A stretch of 36,689 bases of DNA from an uncultured Maribacter sp. (GTDB lineage Bacteria > Bacteroidota > Bacteroidia > Flavobacteriales > Flavobacteriaceae). A program made the translations under genes and the position numbers. The stretch lies in NCBI GenBank assembly GCA_905479535.1, contig CAJQMW010000508.1, positions 1 to 36,689 of the forward strand, given 5' to 3'. The notes beneath the pieces are model-generated. The model had not been told where the DNA came from, ran no database searches, and saw only the letters and a list, made by a program, of their open reading frames with translations. Each line of letters opens with the position of its first letter. The stretch's first letter is position 1. This document shows, piece after piece, positions 25,199 through 33,314 of the stretch.

Positions 25199-25524
25199 GA
25201 AAACCGCTATTTCACCTAAACCTAAAAAAGAAATGGTTTGATATGATCGCATCCGGTGAGAAAACGGAGGAATACCGGGCAATGTCAAAGCACTGGAAAA
25301 ACTACTTTGGTTCAGTCGATAACCGTATAAAGCTAAAGGGTAAAACCTACTCACCGGAAGAAATCAATATTTGTTTTTCTAACGGTTACGCAAAAGACAG
25401 GCGGCAAATGGTGATTGAATTGATTGGCGTTTGGAAATGCCAGGGGAGGGAAGAATGGGGTGCTGAGCATGGGGTGTATTACTACGCTTTGTTTTTAGGT
25501 AAAATCTTGGAAAAGAATTTTTGA
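25195..25524 (+). CDS. ASCH domain protein
   Basis: LNLKKKWFDMIASGEKTEEYR carries the GxKxxExR ASCH signature. Confidence 0.8.
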   Translation: MRKPLFHLNLKKKWFDMIASGEKTEEYRAMSKHWKNYFGSVDNRIKLKGKTYSPEEINICFSNGYAKDRRQMVIELIGVWKCQGREEWGAEHGVYYYALFLGKILEKNF

Positions 25525-25525
25525 A

Positions 25526-26359
25526 ATGGCAACAACATCAAACATACAGTGGACCGAAAAAACATGGAACCCTATAACGGGTTGCTCCCGCGTTTCTTCG
25601 GGCTGTCAGAACTGCTACGCCGAAGCAATGGCATTCCGGCTTATGCACATGCCACACACGGCAGAACGTTACGCAGGGACGGTAAGAAAGACAAGCGGCG
25701 GTAAAAATCAGTTCACCGGGCATATCAACACTGTGCCGGAAGTTCTGGACCATCCAAGAAAATGGAAATCCCCGCAAGTTGTTTTTGTCAACTCAATGTC
25801 TGACCTATTCCATGAAAACGTGCCGCGTGAATACCTCATGGAGATTTGGAAGGTGATCCGGGAAACTCCGCAGCATACCTACCAAATACTTACCAAACGG
25901 CCGGAGCGAATAGAACAGAACTTACCGGATGATTGGGGTAAGGGGTACGATAACGTTTGGATGGGAACGAGTACCGAAAACCAAAAGGCTCTTATTGACC
26001 GGGCATTGCCATTGATGTATTCACCGGCTAGAGTTAGGTTTTTAAGTGTTGAACCTATGATTGCTAAAGTTGATCTAACCGGCCATGTTGTTACGCCCGG
26101 TGGAATGTTGGTTAATCCATTGCATTGGGTTATTGTCGGCGGCGAATCTGGGAGGAACTACCGGGAATGCAAAATTGAATGGATCGAACAAATAATTGAC
26201 GATTGCAAAGCGGCTAAAATCCCTGTTTTCGTCAAACAGCTAGGCACACACCTTGCTAAAAAAATGAAAATGAAGGATAAGAAAGGCGGTGATATTTCTG
26301 AATGGCCGGATCACTTGCGGGTTCGAGAATTTCCAGCATCTTTTGAAGTTGATAAATAA
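25526..26359 (+). CDS. DUF5131 (phage Gp37/Gp68) radical-SAM-like protein
   Basis: IQWTEKTWNPITGCSRVSSGCQNCYA (CX6CX2C), VFVNSMSDLFH, QILTKRP, FLSVEP, WVIVGGESG, FVKQLG. Confidence 0.9.
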   Translation: MATTSNIQWTEKTWNPITGCSRVSSGCQNCYAEAMAFRLMHMPHTAERYAGTVRKTSGGKNQFTGHINTVPEVLDHPRKWKSPQVVFVNSMSDLFHENVPREYLMEIWKVIRETPQHTYQILTKRPERIEQNLPDDWGKGYDNVWMGTSTENQKALIDRALPLMYSPARVRFLSVEPMIAKVDLTGHVVTPGGMLVNPLHWVIVGGESGRNYRECKIEWIEQIIDDCKAAKIPVFVKQLGTHLAKKMKMKDKKGGDISEWPDHLRVREFPASFEVDK

Positions 26360-26565
26360 TGACAACCATAATCCTGCACATACTCCGCTTTATTCCCATC
26401 CTGGCATTACCAATATGTTATTGGACTGAAAACCAACACGCGGGAGCTTTTGCAGTAGGATTTGGAATCGCAATACAAATATTTATAATCCATGATAATT
26501 CTAATGATCCTGTTAGCTATTCTTTTAATCCAAGATCAAACCAACACAAAACGCACAGCAAATGA
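26359..26565 (+). CDS. Small membrane protein
   Basis: Two hydrophobic segments; coupled on both sides. Confidence 0.55.
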   Translation: MTTIILHILRFIPILALPICYWTENQHAGAFAVGFGIAIQIFIIHDNSNDPVSYSFNPRSNQHKTHSK

Positions 26566-26990
26566 GTGAGGCAAGCACAAAGGCGTATTACGCCCACAAA
26601 CAGACCTTTCCTACTGCTACCGACAAACTGCGCTGGTTGATCCAGAAACACCCCGGCATACAATACCCGGCCCTTGAAAAACACATGGGTAAAGAGTTTA
26701 GTAAGTTTTCCGGGCGAATTTCAGGGTTGAAAGCAAAAGGTGAAGTGTGGGTGGATGATAGCGGAGAGTTTAGCAAACACTATTACGAACACGATAAAGC
26801 TATGCAGGGCTTACGAAAAGAGCGATTTGAATATGAAGAAAAGCTGCGAAAGATTAAGTTATTCGTAGATCACCTGACTGGCGAATTAACCGAACGCGGA
26901 TTGGCTGAACTAAGACTAAGTTATGCCAATATCCGAGAAAAGCTAAAGCTTGTCGAGCAGGATATTGTAACGCAAAACCTAATAAATTAA
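26562..26990 (+). CDS. Winged-HTH plus coiled-coil protein
   Basis: IQKHPGIQYPALEKHMGKEFSKFSGRISGLKAKGEV is wHTH-like. Confidence 0.55.
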   Translation: MSEASTKAYYAHKQTFPTATDKLRWLIQKHPGIQYPALEKHMGKEFSKFSGRISGLKAKGEVWVDDSGEFSKHYYEHDKAMQGLRKERFEYEEKLRKIKLFVDHLTGELTERGLAELRLSYANIREKLKLVEQDIVTQNLIN

Positions 26991-27024
26991 ATCCCCCCAA
27001 AGTTTAACCACAAAAACTTTGGAA

Positions 27025-27213
27025 ATGAGAAAAGCAATGTTATTCACAATTCTGATTTACATATCCTGCGGAGTGCCTAAAAATTTCGTAGGCAAATGCC
27101 GGGTGTGTTCATCAAATTTTGACAAAGAAACTATTTGCGGCACTTTTATGCCATACCAGACTGCTTACTCTGTAAGTGACCGGAAAAAGGGGAGTTGGGT
27201 AGAGTGCTACTAA
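27025..27213 (+). CDS. Small Cys-rich putative lipoprotein
   Basis: MRKAMLFTILIYIS|C is lipobox-like; four further Cys residues. Confidence 0.4.
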   Translation: MRKAMLFTILIYISCGVPKNFVGKCRVCSSNFDKETICGTFMPYQTAYSVSDRKKGSWVECY

Positions 27214-27323
27214 GATCGAAGGCCCGGCACTAAAACATTATTCCTTAATTTTTTAACCATAAGGGTATGTGTGTAAATGGTAAATGCGTCATATAGCCGG
27301 GCCATTTTAAAAAAAAAGAATCA

Positions 27324-27623
27324 ATGACAACAGAACAAGTAAAGCAGGGGCTTGAACAACTTCCACCGATGGAAGCGGAAGCAATCGCAAAAGAAGTGCT
27401 TTTGAAAGACCGGGATTTGGTACTCATTACCGAAGCAGCCGACCTACTCAATGTAGACCGTCAAAAATTGGCGGTTGCGGTGAGTAACGGAAAGCTCCCT
27501 GCAAAGAAGCTGTACCGACTTTACCACGTATCCCTGCAAGTAACATCCCTATTCCTGCAAGGCTCCAAAAACGGGGTTAGTCCAAAGGATGTGAAAATGC
27601 TTTGGGAAAAGCTGCACGGATGA
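27324..27623 (+). CDS. MerR/excisionase-like HTH protein
   Basis: LITEAADLLNVDRQKLAVAVSNGKLPAKK. Confidence 0.7.
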   Translation: MTTEQVKQGLEQLPPMEAEAIAKEVLLKDRDLVLITEAADLLNVDRQKLAVAVSNGKLPAKKLYRLYHVSLQVTSLFLQGSKNGVSPKDVKMLWEKLHG

Positions 27624-27694
27624 AGATTTTAGTGACAACCATATTTATCATTTTCCTGCTCCTTATGGGGTTGGTTTTGAAGTTGACGGAATGA
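27620..27694 (+). CDS. 24-aa transmembrane peptide (not in ORF track)
   Basis: MKILVTTIFIIFLLLMGLVLKLTE*; ATGA overlaps at both ends. Confidence 0.55.
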   Translation: MKILVTTIFIIFLLLMGLVLKLTE

Positions 27695-28164
27695 GTATCT
27701 ACCCAACAGAAAAAGAACTGCAAGATATAGCCCTTATTGAAAAATACTGCAAGGGTGAACTATCTGAGATAGAAAGTAATTCAGTTGAGGCCCGGATTGA
27801 AAACGAACCGGAGTTTAAAGACTTGTTTAGTTGGGGTGAAATATTCTTTGATCCTGCGGAAAATTTTCTTTACGAATTGATGAATGAAAAAGAGATAGAG
27901 GAAGCTAGAAAGAATTTTCAAAAATTCGTGGATGAAATTAATGACCCACTGCAAACTGTTGAGGAAATAGCCAGGAAGTTACCTAGTCGTTTTCGTAAAG
28001 GTGTGCTCTTAGAAGATTTTTTTCATTGTGGCGATGAGGTTATCAGGATTAAAGATGATTGCTTTATGTATTGGCTTGACCACAATGAATGGACTAATTT
28101 TGAATCCTTGCCACTTCCTGTCTCTCATGGAGATATTTTAAAACTTCTGACCAATGGAATATAG
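27691..28164 (+). CDS. Protein with anti-sigma-factor-like N-terminal helix bundle
   Basis: LIEKYCKGELSEIESNSVEARIENEPEFKDL resembles Bacteroidota anti-sigma N-termini. Confidence 0.5.
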   Translation: MSIYPTEKELQDIALIEKYCKGELSEIESNSVEARIENEPEFKDLFSWGEIFFDPAENFLYELMNEKEIEEARKNFQKFVDEINDPLQTVEEIARKLPSRFRKGVLLEDFFHCGDEVIRIKDDCFMYWLDHNEWTNFESLPLPVSHGDILKLLTNGI

Positions 28165-28483
28165 TGTTTGCCTAGTCTCCCGAATATTCGGAGCAACAGC
28201 AAAGAAAATTGATAAGGTGTTTACCCTGCCTGAATTTGTCGAGTTCTTGGAAACTATCAACGGCAAAAGAACGGTTGCCAGTTATCAAAAAATACATGAG
28301 GGTGTAGGTATTTGCCGGATTGCTAACGGGAACCCTTATTTGATTAGTGATGACCCAACCCAATGGAATGAAATGGTTGCAACTGTAATGCAAGGGGCGA
28401 ATGGAGCTTTGATGAATAAGGGGCTAATGAGGGAGTTTTCAAAAGAAAAGATTGATAAAGCAAGTCAAGTAATTTACCGATAA
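28154..28483 (+). CDS. Hypothetical protein
   Basis: 109-aa coupled ORF. Confidence 0.55.
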   Translation: MEYSVCLVSRIFGATAKKIDKVFTLPEFVEFLETINGKRTVASYQKIHEGVGICRIANGNPYLISDDPTQWNEMVATVMQGANGALMNKGLMREFSKEKIDKASQVIYR

Positions 28484-28494
28484 AACAAAATCTA

Positions 28495-28962
28495 ATGTAC
28501 ACAGACCTAGTAAAACAATTTCACCAAACCTATGGTGTAGACATTGAGGAAAGCCCCGTTATTCCTTCAAAAGAAATCTGCAAGCTTCGGGTTTCGCTGA
28601 TCCGAGAAGAATTGAATGAATTTGAGGAAGCAATTGAAGGTGGTGACATTAAGCACATTGCCAAAGAATTAGCGGATCTGGTTTATGTGGTGTTCGGCAC
28701 AATCATTGCCTTTGGCCTTGGGTCAATATTCAAAGCCGTGTTTTTCGAGGTCCACCGATCTAACATGAGCAAAGTTTGTAAAAGTGAAGCACACGCATTT
28801 GGAGTGGCTAGCGCATGTACGGAAGATTGTGAAATTGAAGAAACTGAAAACGAGTGGATTGTGAAAGTTAAATCCGGCCCCAAAAAAGGGAAGGTGATTA
28901 AACCGGCTAGTTATTCCTTGGCAGACCTTTCTTTTTTGGATATTGAAAAACCATTCAAATGA
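28495..28962 (+). CDS. MazG-like all-alpha NTP pyrophosphohydrolase
   Basis: VKQFH...LIREELNEF...AKELADLVYV...EVHRSNMSK...GKVIKP. Confidence 0.85.
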   Translation: MYTDLVKQFHQTYGVDIEESPVIPSKEICKLRVSLIREELNEFEEAIEGGDIKHIAKELADLVYVVFGTIIAFGLGSIFKAVFFEVHRSNMSKVCKSEAHAFGVASACTEDCEIEETENEWIVKVKSGPKKGKVIKPASYSLADLSFLDIEKPFK

Positions 28963-29501
28963 ATAAGAGTGATTTAACTAAATTATTGGACGTTTTTTCA
29001 AATGGCATCCGAGAAGAAGAAAAAGAACTTTACAAGCGTGTGATCAATGAAAACGGAATCAAGCAGTTCAATAGATATGATGAATTTTATTTAGCTGTTA
29101 TCTATCCATTTGAGCAGTTTTTAAATGGATTCATTGCTTCGGAAGTGTCAGGTAATCAAGATGTGATTTTCTTGCTAACTCACAGTGATTTCGTAGAACG
29201 CCAATTTGAGCAATACATAAAGGTTTACGAAGGTTCCGCTTGTCATTGCGATAAATCAAGAACCATAATTTCGTCTTTAATTGAGTTTTACAAAACTGGC
29301 AAACGTATTGAATTTGATTACAACGGCGAATATACATTTCATCTACCTAAGAAGGTCTTTAAAACTCACGAATCTATTGTTGAATTTTACGATGGTGTTA
29401 AATCCCTTTACTATGGTAGCAATGCAATGTATTTGACTGCTATACTTAATTTACAAGCAAGTCAAATTCAAGAAACAACCAATGCAAGCACCGGCGACTA
29501 A
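28959..29501 (+). CDS. Hypothetical protein (AT-rich, moron-like)
   Basis: 180 aa; CCGG-poor interior; followed by a hairpin. Confidence 0.6.
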   Translation: MNKSDLTKLLDVFSNGIREEEKELYKRVINENGIKQFNRYDEFYLAVIYPFEQFLNGFIASEVSGNQDVIFLLTHSDFVERQFEQYIKVYEGSACHCDKSRTIISSLIEFYKTGKRIEFDYNGEYTFHLPKKVFKTHESIVEFYDGVKSLYYGSNAMYLTAILNLQASQIQETTNASTGD

Positions 29502-29519
29502 ACCGGAATAGCTATTGGC

Positions 29520-29551
29520 AAGGCCGGATTGGTGACAGTGATCCGGCTTTT
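29520..29551 (+). terminator. Terminator-like hairpin
   Basis: aaggccggatt...gatccggcttt. Confidence 0.55.
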
Positions 29552-29562
29552 AAAAAGAATAA

Positions 29563-29775
29563 ATGCAAAACCAAGATTTAACACCCGGATCAGTCTGGCA
29601 AAATAAAGATCCTTACGAAGGTGAGGGAGAAATCATCATAGGCCAACCAGTTGAAATACCAGGACATTACGAGTGCATTAAGGCAAACTGCACAAAATAC
29701 CCATCATTGAATGGCACAGTGGAATGGAAGCACGAAAGCGCAATACTGACTTACTATAATAAAATTTCTGACTGA
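29563..29775 (+). CDS. Hypothetical protein
   Basis: 70 aa with an A-rich leader. Confidence 0.55.
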   Translation: MQNQDLTPGSVWQNKDPYEGEGEIIIGQPVEIPGHYECIKANCTKYPSLNGTVEWKHESAILTYYNKISD

Positions 29776-29807
29776 TAAACCAGCCGCTGAGCCAAAACTC
29801 TGTAATT

Positions 29808-30062
29808 ATGAAAACAGGAGACAAAGTGACTTATACCCCGACAAATGAAATAGGCATTGTAAAGAGCTTGACCACAGGGCCGGGAATGGGCGTGTATGTG
29901 GTTTTCAATTGCGGCGATGATTGGGATAACTACCAAAACTATACCGCCGCTTTGTGTGATCCAAGTAATTTGAAAACCGGATGGGACCAGGAAGCTTTCA
30001 TGGATCATTATGGTTTAGGCCCGGAAGATATGATTAACGACATAACCTATCCTAATGGCTGA
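29808..30062 (+). CDS. Small SH3-like protein, paralog of 15240..15461
   Basis: Shared VVFNCG..WD.YQ.YTAA.C motif. Confidence 0.65.
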   Translation: MKTGDKVTYTPTNEIGIVKSLTTGPGMGVYVVFNCGDDWDNYQNYTAALCDPSNLKTGWDQEAFMDHYGLGPEDMINDITYPNG

Positions 30063-30270
30063 CCTACAAACAATCTACGAAGATAAAACCGCCTGGGTAA
30101 CATTCACCAACGAATCAGAAGGCGAATCAATACGCGTTTACCGCCGTTGTCAGTGTGGCCGGTATTTAAAGACCGGGGAAATAAAATCCAGTGCAATAGG
30201 TGGGTTGAAGTTTGAAGGATGGGATTGTAAGAAGTGCGGAGAGGTTGAACCGTTTTTTGAAAGGATTTAA
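30055..30270 (+). CDS. Small zinc-ribbon protein
   Basis: CQCG...CKKCG. Confidence 0.6.
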   Translation: MADLQTIYEDKTAWVTFTNESEGESIRVYRRCQCGRYLKTGEIKSSAIGGLKFEGWDCKKCGEVEPFFERI

Positions 30271-30292
30271 TTTTTTTTGTAAATCATTCTTT

Positions 30293-30619
30293 ATGAAGAT
30301 TGAAGTAATAACCATACCGGCTGAGGAATTTCGTCAACAAATGGCAGAGCTTAAAAGAATGATCTTTGATGCCGTTAAAGCCGAGTCTGACGAAATAGGT
30401 GAAGTTCTGGACTTGAAGGCCGCTGCAAAATTCATCGGTATATCAGAATCGGGATTGCGCCAACGAATCAAATCGGGAACCGTGCCGTATATCAAAAATG
30501 GCAACGGTCAGTATCGGTTTACTTCAAAGTATCTTAAGTTAGCTGAAATGGCCCCTGGCTTGGAGACGATAGAAAGATTGCAGGAAGAAATGATAAGGGA
30601 ATTTTCTAAGCGCAGATAG
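30293..30619 (+). CDS. xis: Excisionase-like HTH protein
   Basis: Start ATG 30293; LDLKAAAKFIGISESGLRQRIKSGTVPYIK...YRF; adjacent to attP and int. Confidence 0.75.
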   Translation: MKIEVITIPAEEFRQQMAELKRMIFDAVKAESDEIGEVLDLKAAAKFIGISESGLRQRIKSGTVPYIKNGNGQYRFTSKYLKLAEMAPGLETIERLQEEMIREFSKRR

Positions 30620-30624
30620 TGATG

Positions 30625-30912
30625 TATTTGCATTGTTAGTTGCAAATCAACTGCAAATACAAAATTCAAAGACCAAAGCAAAGGAGAAAATAAAAGCGCA
30701 AACAATTGATAAACAACTATTTGCGCTCAGTGATTCCGCTGGGGCTCGAACCCAGGACCCCTTGATTAAAAGTCAATTCCCTTGTTTAGCTGCTAGTTGA
30801 TACTAAACTACCTAAACTTTGCCAGTACTGACAAACACAGGTGTTAACAACTAATTAAAAAGCATTTCATTGTTAGTTTTTGACTATATTTGGTTGCAAA
30901 TGAGTTGCAAAT
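30625..30912. other. attP region: tRNA-Lys(TTT) 3' half as core, plus arm-type repeats
   Basis: Minus strand 30776-30731 reads ttgaCTTTTAAtcaa-ggggtc-ctggg-TTCGAGC-cccag-cggaatc-a with no 5' half. (g)TTGCAAAT-type repeats at 30639, 30651, 30893 and 30904. Confidence 0.85.
30684..30727 (-). terminator. Terminator for the reconstituted tRNA-Lys, containing an IHF-like site
   Basis: Minus strand agcgcaaatagttg...caattgtttgcgct followed by T-rich sequence; TATCAAttgtTTG matches WATCAANNNNTTR. Confidence 0.65.
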
Positions 30913-32125
30913 GATTCGCCGTAGACCATCCATATCAATTTACTATGACACCCGCCGCCGAAAAGCTAATGGCAAGTTTCCTGTCAAGCTTCGCATTACT
31001 GCATCCTGGCTTAAGCAAAAAGACAAATATATTTATCTGGACATTGATTTAACCGATGACGAATGGAAGCAAGTTGAAGGAAAAGGTAAGTCGAAAGAGG
31101 TAATTATGATCCGGGAACAACTTGATAGGCACTTATCTGATGCGCGTCAAATTGTCGATGATCTTTGGAATTACACACACGGCGCGTTTATGGATCGCTT
31201 TGTTACTGGCATAGTACCTGAAAAATTTGTCTATGATTTTTTCGACCGAAAGATCAAAAGCTTAATCAAGAAAGAAAAGTTTTCAACAGCTACCGGCTAC
31301 AAGGGCGCATTATCAGCATTGAAGGACTTTAGGCGAAATAAGGAAATATACTTTCAGGATGTAACCCGGTTGTTCTTGGAAAAATTCATCCAATTCCTGA
31401 AAGACCAGGGCAAAGCACCTGCCACCATTGAACGGTACTTTGTCTATTTTCGAGCGATTTACAATATGGCTGTTCAAGAAAACATTGTTTCGTCTGACGA
31501 TTCGCCGTTTACACGGAATATAAAGCCAGAAAAAGGCGATCCAAAAAAGAAGTCATTGCCAGAGTCGGATATTACCAAAATACTTACATACACGTCAAAA
31601 GATACGCGAAAGCAGTTAGCCCGTGACTTATGGGTGTTTTCGTTTTGTGTTGGAGGCATTAATTTGACAGACGCGGCACGGTTGACCATTGAGAATGTAG
31701 ACGGTGACGGGATTGGGTACACACGCGGGAAAACGCATTCAAAGAAAAAGATTGATCACCCAATTGTTTTGTTTTTGAATGTTTACGCCAAAGCCATTTT
31801 AAGCCGATACAAAGGAGGTGAATATTTACTACCTATCCTAGAGTCAGGCATGAGTGAAAAGCAAAGGTATAACCGGGTGAAGTGGCACACAAAGAAAACG
31901 AATAGGATGTTGAGCTTGATTGCTAAGGAAATCGGTATTGATAAATTTACATTCAGTTCGGCGCGGGATTCATTCGCTACCAGATTAGCCCGAATGGGTG
32001 TTGATGCTGATCAAATTGGCATGAAGTTGGGCCACGCTCCTGGCAGCAAAATGACACCGGGATACATTCGGCATGAAGCGGGAGATTCAAAGGATATTAT
32101 GAACGAATTAGTCAACTTAAAGTGA
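30911..32125 (+). CDS. int: Tyrosine integrase (arm-binding, SAM-like and catalytic domains)
   Basis: KANGKFPVKLRIT arm domain; GGINLTDAARL, YTRGKT, SARDSFAT, LGH, catalytic Y in TPGYI. ATG 30911 follows TATATTTG at 30885-30892. Confidence 0.9.
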   Translation: MIRRRPSISIYYDTRRRKANGKFPVKLRITASWLKQKDKYIYLDIDLTDDEWKQVEGKGKSKEVIMIREQLDRHLSDARQIVDDLWNYTHGAFMDRFVTGIVPEKFVYDFFDRKIKSLIKKEKFSTATGYKGALSALKDFRRNKEIYFQDVTRLFLEKFIQFLKDQGKAPATIERYFVYFRAIYNMAVQENIVSSDDSPFTRNIKPEKGDPKKKSLPESDITKILTYTSKDTRKQLARDLWVFSFCVGGINLTDAARLTIENVDGDGIGYTRGKTHSKKKIDHPIVLFLNVYAKAILSRYKGGEYLLPILESGMSEKQRYNRVKWHTKKTNRMLSLIAKEIGIDKFTFSSARDSFATRLARMGVDADQIGMKLGHAPGSKMTPGYIRHEAGDSKDIMNELVNLK

Positions 32126-32135
32126 GTTGTTAAAA

Positions 32136-32357
32136 ATGATCAACACTCTATCCACTACTAAGAAAATAGCAATCTTGATTCTTTTGCCAATATCATGGTT
32201 TTGCATAACCGGGATTAACCGGATGGTTGACTTTGGTAATGTGTGGTTTGATGTAGTTTTCAATCTCGCTACATTTTTTTTAATACCCTATATTTTTGTT
32301 CGTGCCTCACTTCCGATTGTAGCATTTTTTGAAGTGATGTTTAAAAAACCTAAATAA
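32136..32357 (+). CDS. Small membrane protein
   Basis: Two or three hydrophobic segments. Confidence 0.55.
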   Translation: MINTLSTTKKIAILILLPISWFCITGINRMVDFGNVWFDVVFNLATFFLIPYIFVRASLPIVAFFEVMFKKPK

Positions 32358-32608
32358 TGGATAGCTCCAACAAAGACGGCAAAGTATACTTTCAAATAAA
32401 TAAGCAGAACCCAAAACCAAATCCATGTACCTTTCATATTGAAACGGTGCAGGATATTTTTGATGCAACGAACATCGACAACGTGGATAAATTTTTATCG
32501 GAATTTAAAATGGTTCTTTGTTCCGGCTATCTACTCAGGGCAACGGCGGCGGCTGAAAACTTACCTGATGAAATAAAGTTGCCATCCTTTGAATGGACCG
32601 ACGACTAA
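32357..32608 (+). CDS. Hypothetical protein
   Basis: TAATG-coupled; ends FEWTDD. Confidence 0.6.
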   Translation: MDSSNKDGKVYFQINKQNPKPNPCTFHIETVQDIFDATNIDNVDKFLSEFKMVLCSGYLLRATAAAENLPDEIKLPSFEWTDD

Positions 32609-32646
32609 TTTTTTTGCCCAACCAATAAATCAACATAAAACACCCC

Positions 32647-32841
32647 ATGAATAAATTTACAAACCCAACCGAAACCGACAGGCAAAGCATACAGGATGCG
32701 TTTGGGAACTTCATGGAGCGATTCGAGCCGAATATCAAGACTGACAGTGAAACCCTCTTAGAGTGGTCCAAAAAGGGATGGATTGAAAAGAGAATGTACG
32801 GTTGTCGAATACACTGGTTAAGAAAGGTTTTTCCAAAATGA
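32647..32841 (+). CDS. Hypothetical protein
   Basis: 64 aa; ATGA-coupled to the next gene. Confidence 0.55.
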   Translation: MNKFTNPTETDRQSIQDAFGNFMERFEPNIKTDSETLLEWSKKGWIEKRMYGCRIHWLRKVFPK

Positions 32842-33239
32842 GAAAATTTGTCTACATAATGGAGCGCACAAGCAACCGATCCTTATGGGCTATGATGACT
32901 TTTCAAAAGGAAATCAAGATTGGTATAGCCAATGACAGTGAACGCAGGAGGCGCGAAGTAGACAATGCAATCAAGGGGGATATAAAGTTGATCCTGCAAA
33001 AAGAGTTTGACAATGCCAGGGCCGTAGAAACGGAGTTACACGAAAAATTCAAAGACAGTAGATTTAGAATGAAAGGCGGGGCTGGTGGTGGATGCACAGA
33101 ATGGTTTTACCTGTCTGCAAACGAATACCAAAAGCTAATGAGGCTGATAAAGGGTTGGTGGTTTCCATCGCCTATTTTAACTGGCATTATCTTGATTTTA
33201 CTGTTCTGGATTTACTTAATATTTACTAAATATTTGTAA
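32838..33239 (+). CDS. T5orf172/MUG113 GIY-YIG-family protein with C-terminal TM helix
   Basis: FVYIM...IKIGIA...RR...ETELHEKF...EWF, then ILTGIILILLFWIYLIF. Confidence 0.75.
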   Translation: MRKFVYIMERTSNRSLWAMMTFQKEIKIGIANDSERRRREVDNAIKGDIKLILQKEFDNARAVETELHEKFKDSRFRMKGGAGGGCTEWFYLSANEYQKLMRLIKGWWFPSPILTGIILILLFWIYLIFTKYL

Positions 33240-33277
33240 CTTTATAATACTATTTAACAATGGTTCGGTATCAATAG

Positions 33278-33304
33278 TAGCCGGGTTTCGGCCCGGTTAT
33301 TTTA
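33278..33304 (+). terminator. Hairpin/terminator-like element
   Basis: tagccgggt-ttcg-gcccggtta then tttt. Confidence 0.55.
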
Positions 33305-33314
33305 ATTTCCAATT

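Noticed and set aside
30731-30800. Complete minus-strand tRNA-Lys gene
   Set aside because: No D-arm or 5' acceptor strand; it is the attP core only.
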